From a virus (Duplodnaviria > Caudoviricetes): a stretch of DNA of 64,000 nt. The notes under the pieces are model-generated. The model had not been told where the DNA came from, did not search any database, and saw nothing but the letters and a program-made list of their open reading frames with translations. Shown one piece after another: positions 10,861 to 21,000 of this stretch (position 1 is the first letter of the stretch; every line of letters begins with the position of its first letter). Both the position numbers and the translations under genes were made by a program. Location: the IMG/VR virus record IMGVR_UViG_3300034095_001474, positions 182,796 through 246,795 of that record; one strand, written 5' to 3'.

Positions 10861-13557
10861 TTATTCGTATAAACTTTTAATTTGTTTAGGTGCTACACAA
10901 CAACCCAAAGAACCTTTTTGTCTAGAAGCAAAAATTTTACGTAAAGTACTACTTTCACCTTTAAACACATCACTCATACCTAAAGCGGTTAATTTACAAC
11001 CAAAACCTATTTCACCAGTAAAAGGGTCTTTAACACTATTTACTGGTATTGTATAATTAGGTATACAGTTTGAACCATCTGGTGTTACAACAGCACTTTC
11101 CCCAGTGCCATAGAACATTTTAAATTGTAAAAAGTAATTACCAGAGTTTTCTGGAATTTGTATTGGTTCTAAATCTTGTTGATAACTAGTACCATCTGGG
11201 TTTTGAACTAATTTAGTTAGACTCCATTTACAAGCTATATTACAACCGCATTTTTTTGTTGTACAACAAACATAACCACTAGTTCTAATAGCCTTATTAT
11301 TTGATACAGCCCCATCACGTTCTGAATCCATATATACGGATTTACCTCCCAATGATTTACAACATTCTTTATCTAAAAACGATGTTTGTTTAAGACCAAT
11401 TATTTCATTTTGTTGATTATAAGTATTCATACTAACAACATGGAAGCCAGTACTACCATCTATGTATCTAGTACCCCCACCTAAATTTGAGCATGGTGTT
11501 GGTTTAGGTTTTCCCTTCTCAATACATACACTCAAAATATCATCTTCACCTTCACATGGACAATTACAAGGTGTCAGTGTTTGTTGAGGCATTGGGTCTT
11601 TTATAATTTCAGATTTATAAACAACGCAATCACCAATATCAGTATTATCAATTCCAACTACATCAACATATGTGTTACCTTCGTAATTGGTAATAACACC
11701 TTGAGCGTAATTTGAAAATATATTTTCAGTACTAGTTAAATCTTCGCCAATACTTATAGTTACAGCTGAGAAATTAGGTATAAGTTTTCTAAATTGGTTA
11801 ATGTATTTATAACCACCATCATAACGACCAACGTGTGGGTTATTTCCAGTAAGAATATCTATTGTTGAACCACTACCACCAGTTTCTCTGTACCATAAAC
11901 CATTGTTTTGGAAGTACATATCTGGTGTGTCAGCTAATGTTTTAGGAAACCCATCTGAATCTATCGGATATAGAGTTAAATCTGTATCTAAACCATTTTG
12001 GTCTAATATTTCTATAAATAAATCAATATCTAATGGAGCATTAGCTCTATAAATATATTCATTAAATGTTATCAATCCTTTAGGAATGTTCATAAAATTA
12101 ATCAAAAATTCTATAGATTTTCTAGCACCTTTTGATTTCCAAATCCATGGTGAATTTAAAATAAGTCTTCTCCATAATTCAATATCTGCTTCAATTGGTG
12201 TTAAACCAACTGATTGACCAGAATATGTTGATTCTGAATTTGTTACAAAGTTATGTAACAAATTATCACCAACTAATGTTGCTGCTAATTCCCAACCCAA
12301 TATTTTAGCTAAATCTTTTAAATATTTATCTGGTACATTGTCTTGTTTATCATATGATACTGTGTGTGCAAAAGATATACCTTCAATGAATTGATTTATA
12401 TCGTCAAATGACCTACCATATATATTAAGTAGTTTATTAACTTTTTGACCAGTTGTTGTATCTTGGTGTTCTGGTGCTAAATATACTGGAACAGTATCAA
12501 ACGCTGAAATTGATTCAGACACCAAAAATCTATTCATTAAATTTGTTTCATTCAAATCATAGTTTGTTGCAATATCTAATAAATCTGTTGCGTATTTAGT
12601 ATATTTATCTGTATCAAAATCAATATTATAATTATCAGTTGATGGCCATGTTAAAGACTTTTCAGTATACATTATAATACCTTCATCACTTCTAGTTGGA
12701 TAATTAAATGTTGCAACATAAAGAGGTATTGATTGTCTGTTAAGTAGATTCTTACCTAGACCAGTTAAACCATTAAAAAATGTATTTTCAATAACTTTTT
12801 TAGGTTTTATATGGTAGTAAGTATTTGCCGCACTAGTTCCACCAGTAAATGGATTTCCTTTTACTCTGAAATAAATATAATCATTTGATTCATATGTTGA
12901 CCCAGTAAAATTCAACACATCATATTCTATATTATTATTAAAAATCGCATAAGAAGCATAATTCATTGTTATGTTTCTTAAATCATTTGTTTCATTAAAT
13001 GTATCGATAATAGTACCATTTGTTAAATAATTTATTTGATATTGATTAACCAAAAAATTTGTATTTACTTTAAAAGTACTCTCATTAATTATGTAGTTGT
13101 AAGTGTAATCTTCATATGTATAACCAATTAAATCATTACCGTTAAAGTTAATAAATGGTGTTGCATATAAAGATGCTGGCCATTTAGTTATTATTTCTTC
13201 TAACGTTATCCTTATATATTCAGTCATTGAACCAAATAAAGCATAATTTTTTAATTTAGTTGAATCTAAATTTAAAACAGTATTTATGTTATTTTTTAAT
13301 AATATTTCTGATTCTAAAACAGTTAATTCTAAATTATCTAGAGTAACAAAATTAGAAAATTTACCAGTAGTATAGTTTTTATCAACTTTTGGGTCCATGT
13401 TAGTGGTAATCGCAAAATTACCCATAGTAAATAATGGTGTACCACCATGACTGGCTAATTGTACACCTACTAAATCTGGACTAAAATTTCTATATTCAAT
13501 ATTACCATCATATGTAGTTTTTTTTGAATACCCAGCTACTTTTATTTTATTTGCCAT
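10861..13557 (-). CDS. Baseplate wedge protein (T4 gp7 / P2 gpI-like core)
   Basis: VPDKYLKDLAKILGW...LWRRLILNSPWIWKSKGARKSIEFL motif typical of gpI/gp7 cores; Cys-rich C-terminus. Confidence 0.6.
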   Translation of the reverse strand: MANKIKVAGYSKKTTYDGNIEYRNFSPDLVGVQLASHGGTPLFTMGNFAITTNMDPKVDKNYTTGKFSNFVTLDNLELTVLESEILLKNNINTVLNLDSTKLKNYALFGSMTEYIRITLEEIITKWPASLYATPFINFNGNDLIGYTYEDYTYNYIINESTFKVNTNFLVNQYQINYLTNGTIIDTFNETNDLRNITMNYASYAIFNNNIEYDVLNFTGSTYESNDYIYFRVKGNPFTGGTSAANTYYHIKPKKVIENTFFNGLTGLGKNLLNRQSIPLYVATFNYPTRSDEGIIMYTEKSLTWPSTDNYNIDFDTDKYTKYATDLLDIATNYDLNETNLMNRFLVSESISAFDTVPVYLAPEHQDTTTGQKVNKLLNIYGRSFDDINQFIEGISFAHTVSYDKQDNVPDKYLKDLAKILGWELAATLVGDNLLHNFVTNSESTYSGQSVGLTPIEADIELWRRLILNSPWIWKSKGARKSIEFLINFMNIPKGLITFNEYIYRANAPLDIDLFIEILDQNGLDTDLTLYPIDSDGFPKTLADTPDMYFQNNGLWYRETGGSGSTIDILTGNNPHVGRYDGGYKYINQFRKLIPNFSAVTISIGEDLTSTENIFSNYAQGVITNYEGNTYVDVVGIDNTDIGDCVVYKSEIIKDPMPQQTLTPCNCPCEGEDDILSVCIEKGKPKPTPCSNLGGGTRYIDGSTGFHVVSMNTYNQQNEIIGLKQTSFLDKECCKSLGGKSVYMDSERDGAVSNNKAIRTSGYVCCTTKKCGCNIACKWSLTKLVQNPDGTSYQQDLEPIQIPENSGNYFLQFKMFYGTGESAVVTPDGSNCIPNYTIPVNSVKDPFTGEIGFGCKLTALGMSDVFKGESSTLRKIFASRQKGSLGCCVAPKQIKSLYE

Positions 13558-13565
13558 CTTATATA

Positions 13566-14489
13566 TTAGATTGTTGTTATATTATTAAATGTTTTACTAA
13601 AATCAATTATATTTCTTTGTTCTCTAATTTCAAATAATGGAGTACCAGTAAATTGGTCTTTGATTTCATATAAGTTGAATTGTTTGTAAATATCATTATT
13701 GAAGTTGTAAATTGTGTAAATACCATCTTCAAGACTTTTTGTTTGATTTCCAAACAACGCAAACGCCAATGTTTCAACATCGTGTTGTACCATTTCAACC
13801 TCTATCATGATAGGATTAAAAAATGTATTTGTTATGATAACTTGTTGTCCTGGTTGACCTATAAATGGCAACGCATTTGGTTTAACATTTGAAGCAGAAG
13901 CTGGTGATACAGTACAAAAACTTAAACTAGAACTATCATTAAATCGATATCTAATTGCTTTTTGATTTGAATTCGTTAAATTTTGGTTAACTGGTTCTGC
14001 TCTGTTGTTTGACGTAATAACTCTAAAGAAATTATTAATCTTGGCATCAGTGGTTGATGAAGTAGTATTTAAGTATTCTATTCTATAACCAACCAACCCA
14101 TCATTTTCAAATTTACCAGTAAAGTTTGCTGGTAAATTTGAAATATCAAATATTAAACCTTTTATATCAGAAAGAGCAGATAATACACCAACATCAACTA
14201 TTCTAGTTCTAATTTCTACTGGTTTAATAATAATAGTATAAAACCCTTTTGCACTAAAAGTTGCAACTGGTAATTTTAATGTATACATACCACCAAAAAC
14301 TTCAAAACCAGTTACATTTGATTGTCCTTTGTTAGGATTATCTATTTTCTGTAAAATAGAATTTGAATCTAATTTAATCAAACTAGCATTACCTACTTTA
14401 TCTCTAGAAGGTGTATAATGGTAGAAAATTTCTACGTCATCTGGTGATATATCTGCTGGTCTAACAATACCGTATGTTCCCGTTGCCAT
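13566..14489 (-). CDS. Conserved-looking baseplate cluster protein, function unknown
   Basis: 307-aa beta-rich ORF inside the baseplate operon. Confidence 0.5.
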   Translation of the reverse strand: MATGTYGIVRPADISPDDVEIFYHYTPSRDKVGNASLIKLDSNSILQKIDNPNKGQSNVTGFEVFGGMYTLKLPVATFSAKGFYTIIIKPVEIRTRIVDVGVLSALSDIKGLIFDISNLPANFTGKFENDGLVGYRIEYLNTTSSTTDAKINNFFRVITSNNRAEPVNQNLTNSNQKAIRYRFNDSSSLSFCTVSPASASNVKPNALPFIGQPGQQVIITNTFFNPIMIEVEMVQHDVETLAFALFGNQTKSLEDGIYTIYNFNNDIYKQFNLYEIKDQFTGTPLFEIREQRNIIDFSKTFNNITTI

Positions 14490-14578
14490 ATTTTAATTTA
14501 TTTATTTCTTTTTTTATCTCTTATAAAGATAATAACAAATGTTTAATAAGTAATCACTTGTTATTACATTCTTTCAAT

Positions 14579-15424
14579 TTATTGTTTATTTAACTTATAA
14601 TACCCGTTTCCGTAGCTTTCAAGACCTTTAAGATTTTTTATTTCTGATAACCTTAAATGCATATCCATAACTGTAGTGATACCTCTATCTATAAATACAT
14701 CGTTTTCAACTTCTGGTGGAGAAATTATACCAAATAAATATTCTTCTTTAGTTATTGCTGATAAAGATATGTTTGTTTTATTGAATCCCTCACCAATATA
14801 TCTAAGTGTTGTTTTGGTTTTACCACTATATTCTTTAAATTGAAGACCACTGATTTGATTGTTTGTACCCAAATTAAAATCGTTAGGTGTGTCTAAAACA
14901 TATATCTTAGGTTCACCCATTGATTGTATTCTATCAACACCGTTAACTATTAACCCTTCATAATTTTCATAAGTTTCAGCGTTGACATCGAAATTAGTCC
15001 TAAATGGATTTATTGCAGAATATGACCTAACATCTTCAAGTCTACTATCTGTAGTTGCAGTAATAACTATATCAACAAAATTGTAATAGTTATTTTCTGT
15101 GTTTGATGGATATCTTAAAACATTCCAAAGATTTTGTGGTGTATTAACCGTGGTAAAACTAGGGTTTGTGGCACCAGTCATAAAAGGGAATTTTAAACCT
15201 AAATCTATCAATTTATCTTCTAAAATAGTATAATCTGGTTGAGTGATAGTTTTATCTTTAACAATATATTCCATGTCAGTAAACATACCCATATCATCAA
15301 TATTTTGGGTTATTAAAATATTAATATAAAATGTTGTTGCAGTCAATGTACCCCATTTTATTGGGTTATTACTAGTTCTATCTATACTATTTTCTAATAA
15401 TATTTTTCTTTTTATTACTTCCAT
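14579..15424 (-). CDS. Hypothetical virion/baseplate protein
   Basis: 281-aa ORF, stop/start-coupled at 15424. Confidence 0.5.
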   Translation of the reverse strand: MEVIKRKILLENSIDRTSNNPIKWGTLTATTFYINILITQNIDDMGMFTDMEYIVKDKTITQPDYTILEDKLIDLGLKFPFMTGATNPSFTTVNTPQNLWNVLRYPSNTENNYYNFVDIVITATTDSRLEDVRSYSAINPFRTNFDVNAETYENYEGLIVNGVDRIQSMGEPKIYVLDTPNDFNLGTNNQISGLQFKEYSGKTKTTLRYIGEGFNKTNISLSAITKEEYLFGIISPPEVENDVFIDRGITTVMDMHLRLSEIKNLKGLESYGNGYYKLNKQ

Positions 15425-16278
15425 TACGTTGCTTTTATTTCATACAATGTAACTTTACAAGTATTTGAATTGTAAACTACATTATTAACTCCAGAACCAC
15501 CATTTCCTTGGTATGTATTGTCAATTTCATAATAAAAACCAGTTGAATTTCTCACTAGTTTAAATCTAGTATATAATTCATGTACCAATTTATCGATTGG
15601 TTGTGCTGCGTTTTTAACCATTAAATTAACAATTTTACCCGTTTTTGAATTTTTAAATAAGGCCTTCATATATAAATACTTTGAAGAACCAATTTTTAAA
15701 TTACTTTTATAATCATATAAATGGTATCCTTCAGCAAAACCTCTAGGATTTAACAATGGGTTTTCAACAACAAAATTAACTGGTATTTGAACAGCTGGTT
15801 TTGGTGTCCCAGGTATTGTATTAGGTGGTAAAGGTGGTTGTAATAAATCTGAAGTATTTAATTCAGAATACAAAGTAGTAAATGTAACCAACCTTTGAGT
15901 TAAAGGGTTATCAGTATCATAAAAATTCAAATTTAAAAATGTTTGTTTAAATGATTCTTTTCTATATTTTATATCATCATCAACAAACCCAATATTACCA
16001 TAAAAACCTTTATAGTTACCAGTTGAATCCAAAAGATAAATGTCATAAGTTATTTTATCGATATGGTTACCTAATAAATCCAACGGTAAAAATCTAACTT
16101 TTTCATAATCTAAAATTGGATTTATTGCATATTCAACTTCAGTATCAACAAAAACTCTTTGAATCAATTCTGCATTATCAACATTTTGAGATGTCATAAC
16201 AATTGGAACGGTAATAGTTGTTGCAGTAACACCAGTACCAATTGTTGATAAGTTTATTTTATATTTATTAACAAACAT
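15424..16278 (-). CDS. Hypothetical virion/baseplate protein
   Basis: 284-aa ORF overlapping both neighbours. Confidence 0.5.
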   Translation of the reverse strand: MFVNKYKINLSTIGTGVTATTITVPIVMTSQNVDNAELIQRVFVDTEVEYAINPILDYEKVRFLPLDLLGNHIDKITYDIYLLDSTGNYKGFYGNIGFVDDDIKYRKESFKQTFLNLNFYDTDNPLTQRLVTFTTLYSELNTSDLLQPPLPPNTIPGTPKPAVQIPVNFVVENPLLNPRGFAEGYHLYDYKSNLKIGSSKYLYMKALFKNSKTGKIVNLMVKNAAQPIDKLVHELYTRFKLVRNSTGFYYEIDNTYQGNGGSGVNNVVYNSNTCKVTLYEIKAT

Positions 16279-18070
16279 CGTCTTCTGAATTAATTGTAAA
16301 TTTATCTGTTATTCTGTCTCCAGTTGGGTCTGCTGGAAAAGTACCGTAATACAAACCCCATACCCCAAATGGGTCTTGTCTTCTAACTGTAAAACAATAG
16401 TTATCGTACATATAATGAGCATTGTTTAAAAAAGGATAATCCAATACTTTAATGTCGCTCTCATTAAACCCTATATCCAATAAATCTCTCCAAACTATTC
16501 TAGTATCACCTAAATCTGTTGCGTAACTAGGTATTCCTTCAGTAAATTGGTCACCAACTTCTATATATGATGAATATTGTCTTATTTTTATTAAATTATG
16601 TGGTTGATAAACATAACCTTCATGTCTTGGACCTAAATTTATTGTTTTAGTTTTAGGTGGTGTCAATGGTGCTGTTGGTTTACCTACTTCAGAAACATAT
16701 GCCAATGTAGTGTTTGCGTTTTCTCTACTAACAGTGTTGAATCTGTGAACAACGTCAGCCAATACTGTTTCATTTAATGAATTTATATCATATTCTACTA
16801 AATCACCGTAAAATTCATTATTATTACTTACATTATTTATTTTTACATCATCTTCCAATGGTGTATGTGTTATAAATGGTGTACCAGTACCGTTGTGTAT
16901 TCTATGTATTGATGGGATATTTCTTAAATAAGTAATAGTGTTACTGTTAATCAATCTAGAATCATAAGGTGTTTCAATACCAGATGATACTTTTGAAAAT
17001 AATTTATCACTATCAGTTTTTATCATTGTTAAATATAATTGACTCAATGGTCTACCTAAGTTATCAACCAAATCACTTACATCAACATCTTCATTAAAAA
17101 CAAACTGAATAATAGAATCATTAAAGAAATTTTCACTAAACCCAACTCTATAAGCTTCATAATCATCGTTTTCAATAATTGGTGCTAATTTTGTTTTAAT
17201 TTTTCTAAACTTTCTAAAATAATATTTACATTCAATATCATTAACAACTTTTTTAAATCTAGAATTAGGTGACAACACACCAGTTGATGGTTTATCAATT
17301 ACAAAATAATATTCTTTTAAATCACCATTATCCAACCCAGTTCTAACAACAATATGGTCACCATCGTATCCAGTTGTTCCAGAAAGTCTAACTACGTCAC
17401 CTACATTTAGATTATGTCTACATGAAAGACCAATCGCTGTCATACTTCTTGTTGAAACATCTGCTGGTACTCTATTTGTTATCATCACACCACCGTTGAC
17501 CATAGTGTGTCCACTATCAACGCTAGCTGGATAAGTAATAGTTATCTCCCAATTTTTAACTGGTGTTGTTGTTGTTCCATATGGTTTAGGGTCTGGAAGT
17601 AAACTAAAACGTTCTCTTTTAGGTTCCATATCCATATAATTACATAAACCAGATTTTGTTATGTCTGGGTCATAAACTCCAAACCAACCATCTTTTTCTT
17701 TTAGATTAGTTTTAATAGAAGTAGAAAAATTCAAATCTGTTTCATCATTAAGTCCATCTTTAGGGTATGATGTGTCTAAAAATTCAAGTGAATTTAACCA
17801 ACTCCATGTATATTTGTTAGACTTGATTGGTTCAGCTAAATTAAATAATGGATTAGACATAGTTGAATTTACCGTACCAATAATACGATAAGATTTACAT
17901 CTTTGTCTTTCAACATTGAATCGTTCAGCAACGTTAACAATCTTATTAATATCATTTGTTGGTAATAATCTTTGACTATTCTCAATATTGATTTTTAAAT
18001 AAGTATCGTTGTTAACATTCTTAGCTGACAACTCTTTGTTTAATATTTGTTTAGTTCTTTCAGTATTCAT
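16268..18070 (-). CDS. Hypothetical virion/baseplate protein
   Basis: 600-aa ORF in the baseplate operon. Confidence 0.5.
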   Translation of the reverse strand: MNTERTKQILNKELSAKNVNNDTYLKINIENSQRLLPTNDINKIVNVAERFNVERQRCKSYRIIGTVNSTMSNPLFNLAEPIKSNKYTWSWLNSLEFLDTSYPKDGLNDETDLNFSTSIKTNLKEKDGWFGVYDPDITKSGLCNYMDMEPKRERFSLLPDPKPYGTTTTPVKNWEITITYPASVDSGHTMVNGGVMITNRVPADVSTRSMTAIGLSCRHNLNVGDVVRLSGTTGYDGDHIVVRTGLDNGDLKEYYFVIDKPSTGVLSPNSRFKKVVNDIECKYYFRKFRKIKTKLAPIIENDDYEAYRVGFSENFFNDSIIQFVFNEDVDVSDLVDNLGRPLSQLYLTMIKTDSDKLFSKVSSGIETPYDSRLINSNTITYLRNIPSIHRIHNGTGTPFITHTPLEDDVKINNVSNNNEFYGDLVEYDINSLNETVLADVVHRFNTVSRENANTTLAYVSEVGKPTAPLTPPKTKTINLGPRHEGYVYQPHNLIKIRQYSSYIEVGDQFTEGIPSYATDLGDTRIVWRDLLDIGFNESDIKVLDYPFLNNAHYMYDNYCFTVRRQDPFGVWGLYYGTFPADPTGDRITDKFTINSEDDVC

Positions 18071-18072
18071 TT

Positions 18073-21000
18073 TTATGTCGATTTAATTACAGTACATCCT
18101 ACACTATCTGTTATTGTTGCTACTAAAGCTGGACTAGGTTTAACCGAACAGAAAGTAGGTCTCGCACCATTTGCTATAATAGCACTAGCTATAGGTGCAA
18201 CATAAGAAGTATTAATTACATTTAAAGGTCGTGTAGAAGTTTTAACACCAATACCACCAGTTGATGTAAATTTATATTGACAAGTTAAAGGTAATGGTAC
18301 CAATGTATTTGTTCTAACAACTTGTCCAGCCAATGCTGAAGTAGGCGTTATTATTGTTGGTAACGTACCAGTTGAAGTACAACCTTTATTGTCAGTTATA
18401 GTATATGTTATAACAGCTGAACTAGAAGGTGGTTTAACAGCGTTAATAACTTGTTGATTAGCAGTTATTATTACTGTTTGTTGTGGTCCACCATTAACAC
18501 TATATTTGAAAGTATACGGTGCACGTTCAGAATACGTTGGTGCAATTTGCCAATGAGAAACATTAAATTTAAACGTAACAACATTAGGGTTACATTGTTT
18601 CGCATTGTTAATTCCAGTAAAGTTTATACTTAATGCTGTATTTGGTAATCTAATAGCTGGTTCACTCATAACTAATTCATTACTAAAACATAAACCATCA
18701 ACAGATATAAAACTTAATTTTAAATTTTTATTAGCTTGTAAAGTATTAGGGATAGTAGCGTATACGTATGTTGAACCGTTAATATAATTTGTTGTTGATA
18801 ACAGACTAGTATATATTGGTGTACCAGAAGTATCTGTTGCATCATTAACTCTATATCTAACATTTATTTTCAATGGTGCAGTAGAACCAGCTGGAATTGG
18901 TGCACCAGTTTGTACCAAGAATGGTATACTATAACTAGTAGAACTACATTGTTTAGCTAAATCAGAAGCAGAAGCTAAAGTGGCAATCATCTGTTGATTT
19001 TTACTACCAATTGTAAAGTTGAACGAAGCTGATGTTCCGTAAGCATCAACAACAGTAACTGAATAATCACCTCTTAATAAACCAGTACTAATTAAGTTTC
19101 CATTACTATAACTAGCTGGTCCAGTAACAGTAGTTATATATGGTGGTTTACCACCAACAATTTTTAATGTATATTTACCATCTGAACTACTCCAACATGT
19201 TGTTGGAGTTGATGAATCTAGTGTAACAACAACTGGTGTTGGTCCATCAATTTTTAAATCTTGAACACTAACAGATGTAACACCATCACTCATTACCAAT
19301 TTATATCCATATGCTGGAGTCGTAGCACCATTTGAACCAATATCTGCTGGTAAACTACCTATAACTGTCGGTATCGATGTGATGTTTGTTGTGTTTATAA
19401 CAACAGTTCCATCACTTTTATATAATTTATATGTCCAAACACCAGAACCACCTCCAATACTAGAAATTGTTATTTCACCATCAACTGCTGATGCAGAGGT
19501 ACACATTTTTGTTACACTAGCACTACCATAAAAAGGTGGTGGTCCATCAACATTAACTGTTTGAGTTACGTTGTTACCGTTGGCATCCACAACTTCAATA
19601 CTGTATTGACCTTGTGGTCCACTAATTGTTTTTGGTATTGGTTGTCCAGTCGATGGGTCCATTACTAAAGTACCAGTAGAAACACCATTAGGTCCACTTA
19701 TAGTGTAGGTAAATGGTGCTGTTCCAGAAATAACAGTAAATGTTATAGAACCATTATTTGTACTTGATGAAGGTATTGAACTAGCAACTACATTAAATTC
19801 TTTTTCAGCTACTGGAATACATTTAGTAAAAAATCTTTTGTTTAATTTATCTAAACTACTTTTTCCTGGCATTATACCAAAATAAAAGAAATATGATTGT
19901 TTAGGTTGACCGTAATTATTATCACTTCCAGATTGAAAACCTCTAAATTTAATATAATCATTACCGTTTTGGTTTGAACCTACACTAGCAAAAGGATATG
20001 TTGCTTGATTTTTTATGTTGAAGTCAGTAGTAAATGTACCACCATGATTAAATGACGTAACACTATTAGGTAAATCTTTATTCAAATCATATATAACGTC
20101 TCTGAACCATTTACCATTATTTTCATCTATATCATTTTTACCTAAAATACCATCTGGTAGTATTGGTGTACCAGCTGAATTATAATCTAATTCATCTAAA
20201 TCAACACCCATTTCACATAAGTGTCTAATATTTAATACTTGTCTAGAATCTGAATGTATACCAACACAGTCTACTTCAAAAAATAAACCTTTTATATTTC
20301 CATCTAATCCACATTGTCCAGTAGTTTCAGTAGTTCCAGCATCAGTTAATTCTTGTATATCTGGTGGTAATTTATATGATGAAGGTATCAATAAAGATTG
20401 TATCTTTGGAATACCTTGCCAATCACAATCAAAGACCGAACCTAAACAAATTACATCAGTAGCAAATAATTTAAATGATACATCATGTTTTGTTGCAGCA
20501 TAATAAAATTCTTCACCTACTTTTTTACCATCTACATAAGTATCAATTTTTTTAATAAGACCTTCTCTTAATGAAACTTCACGATGTGTTTTTTGTGAAT
20601 CTGGACCTCCTGGATAACACAAATCAACCAAATAATTGGTATGGCAGTCATTATCACCAACACCATTTTTATTACCATCAACACCACCTTGACTAAAAAA
20701 TTCTGAGTTACAATCGTACTCACAAAATCTTTCTCTACCTCTTTTTTTCTTTTTATATTTTAATAAGAAACCAAATAAAGTACCAGTTACCCAATCATTA
20801 TAAAAATCAAATTGGAATAAATTCATGTTTTTAGCCATTTCAAAAGCTAAACAATTATCCAACCCAGCTAAATCACCAAATTTTTCTGGGTGACCAAAAT
20901 TATCACCAGGATAATAAGCTGGTGCGTTATTTGCAGCATCTAATGCTTTCCAACCTTCTGAATCTTTTTTACATCCAGGTGCAAAATATGTTCCGCTATC

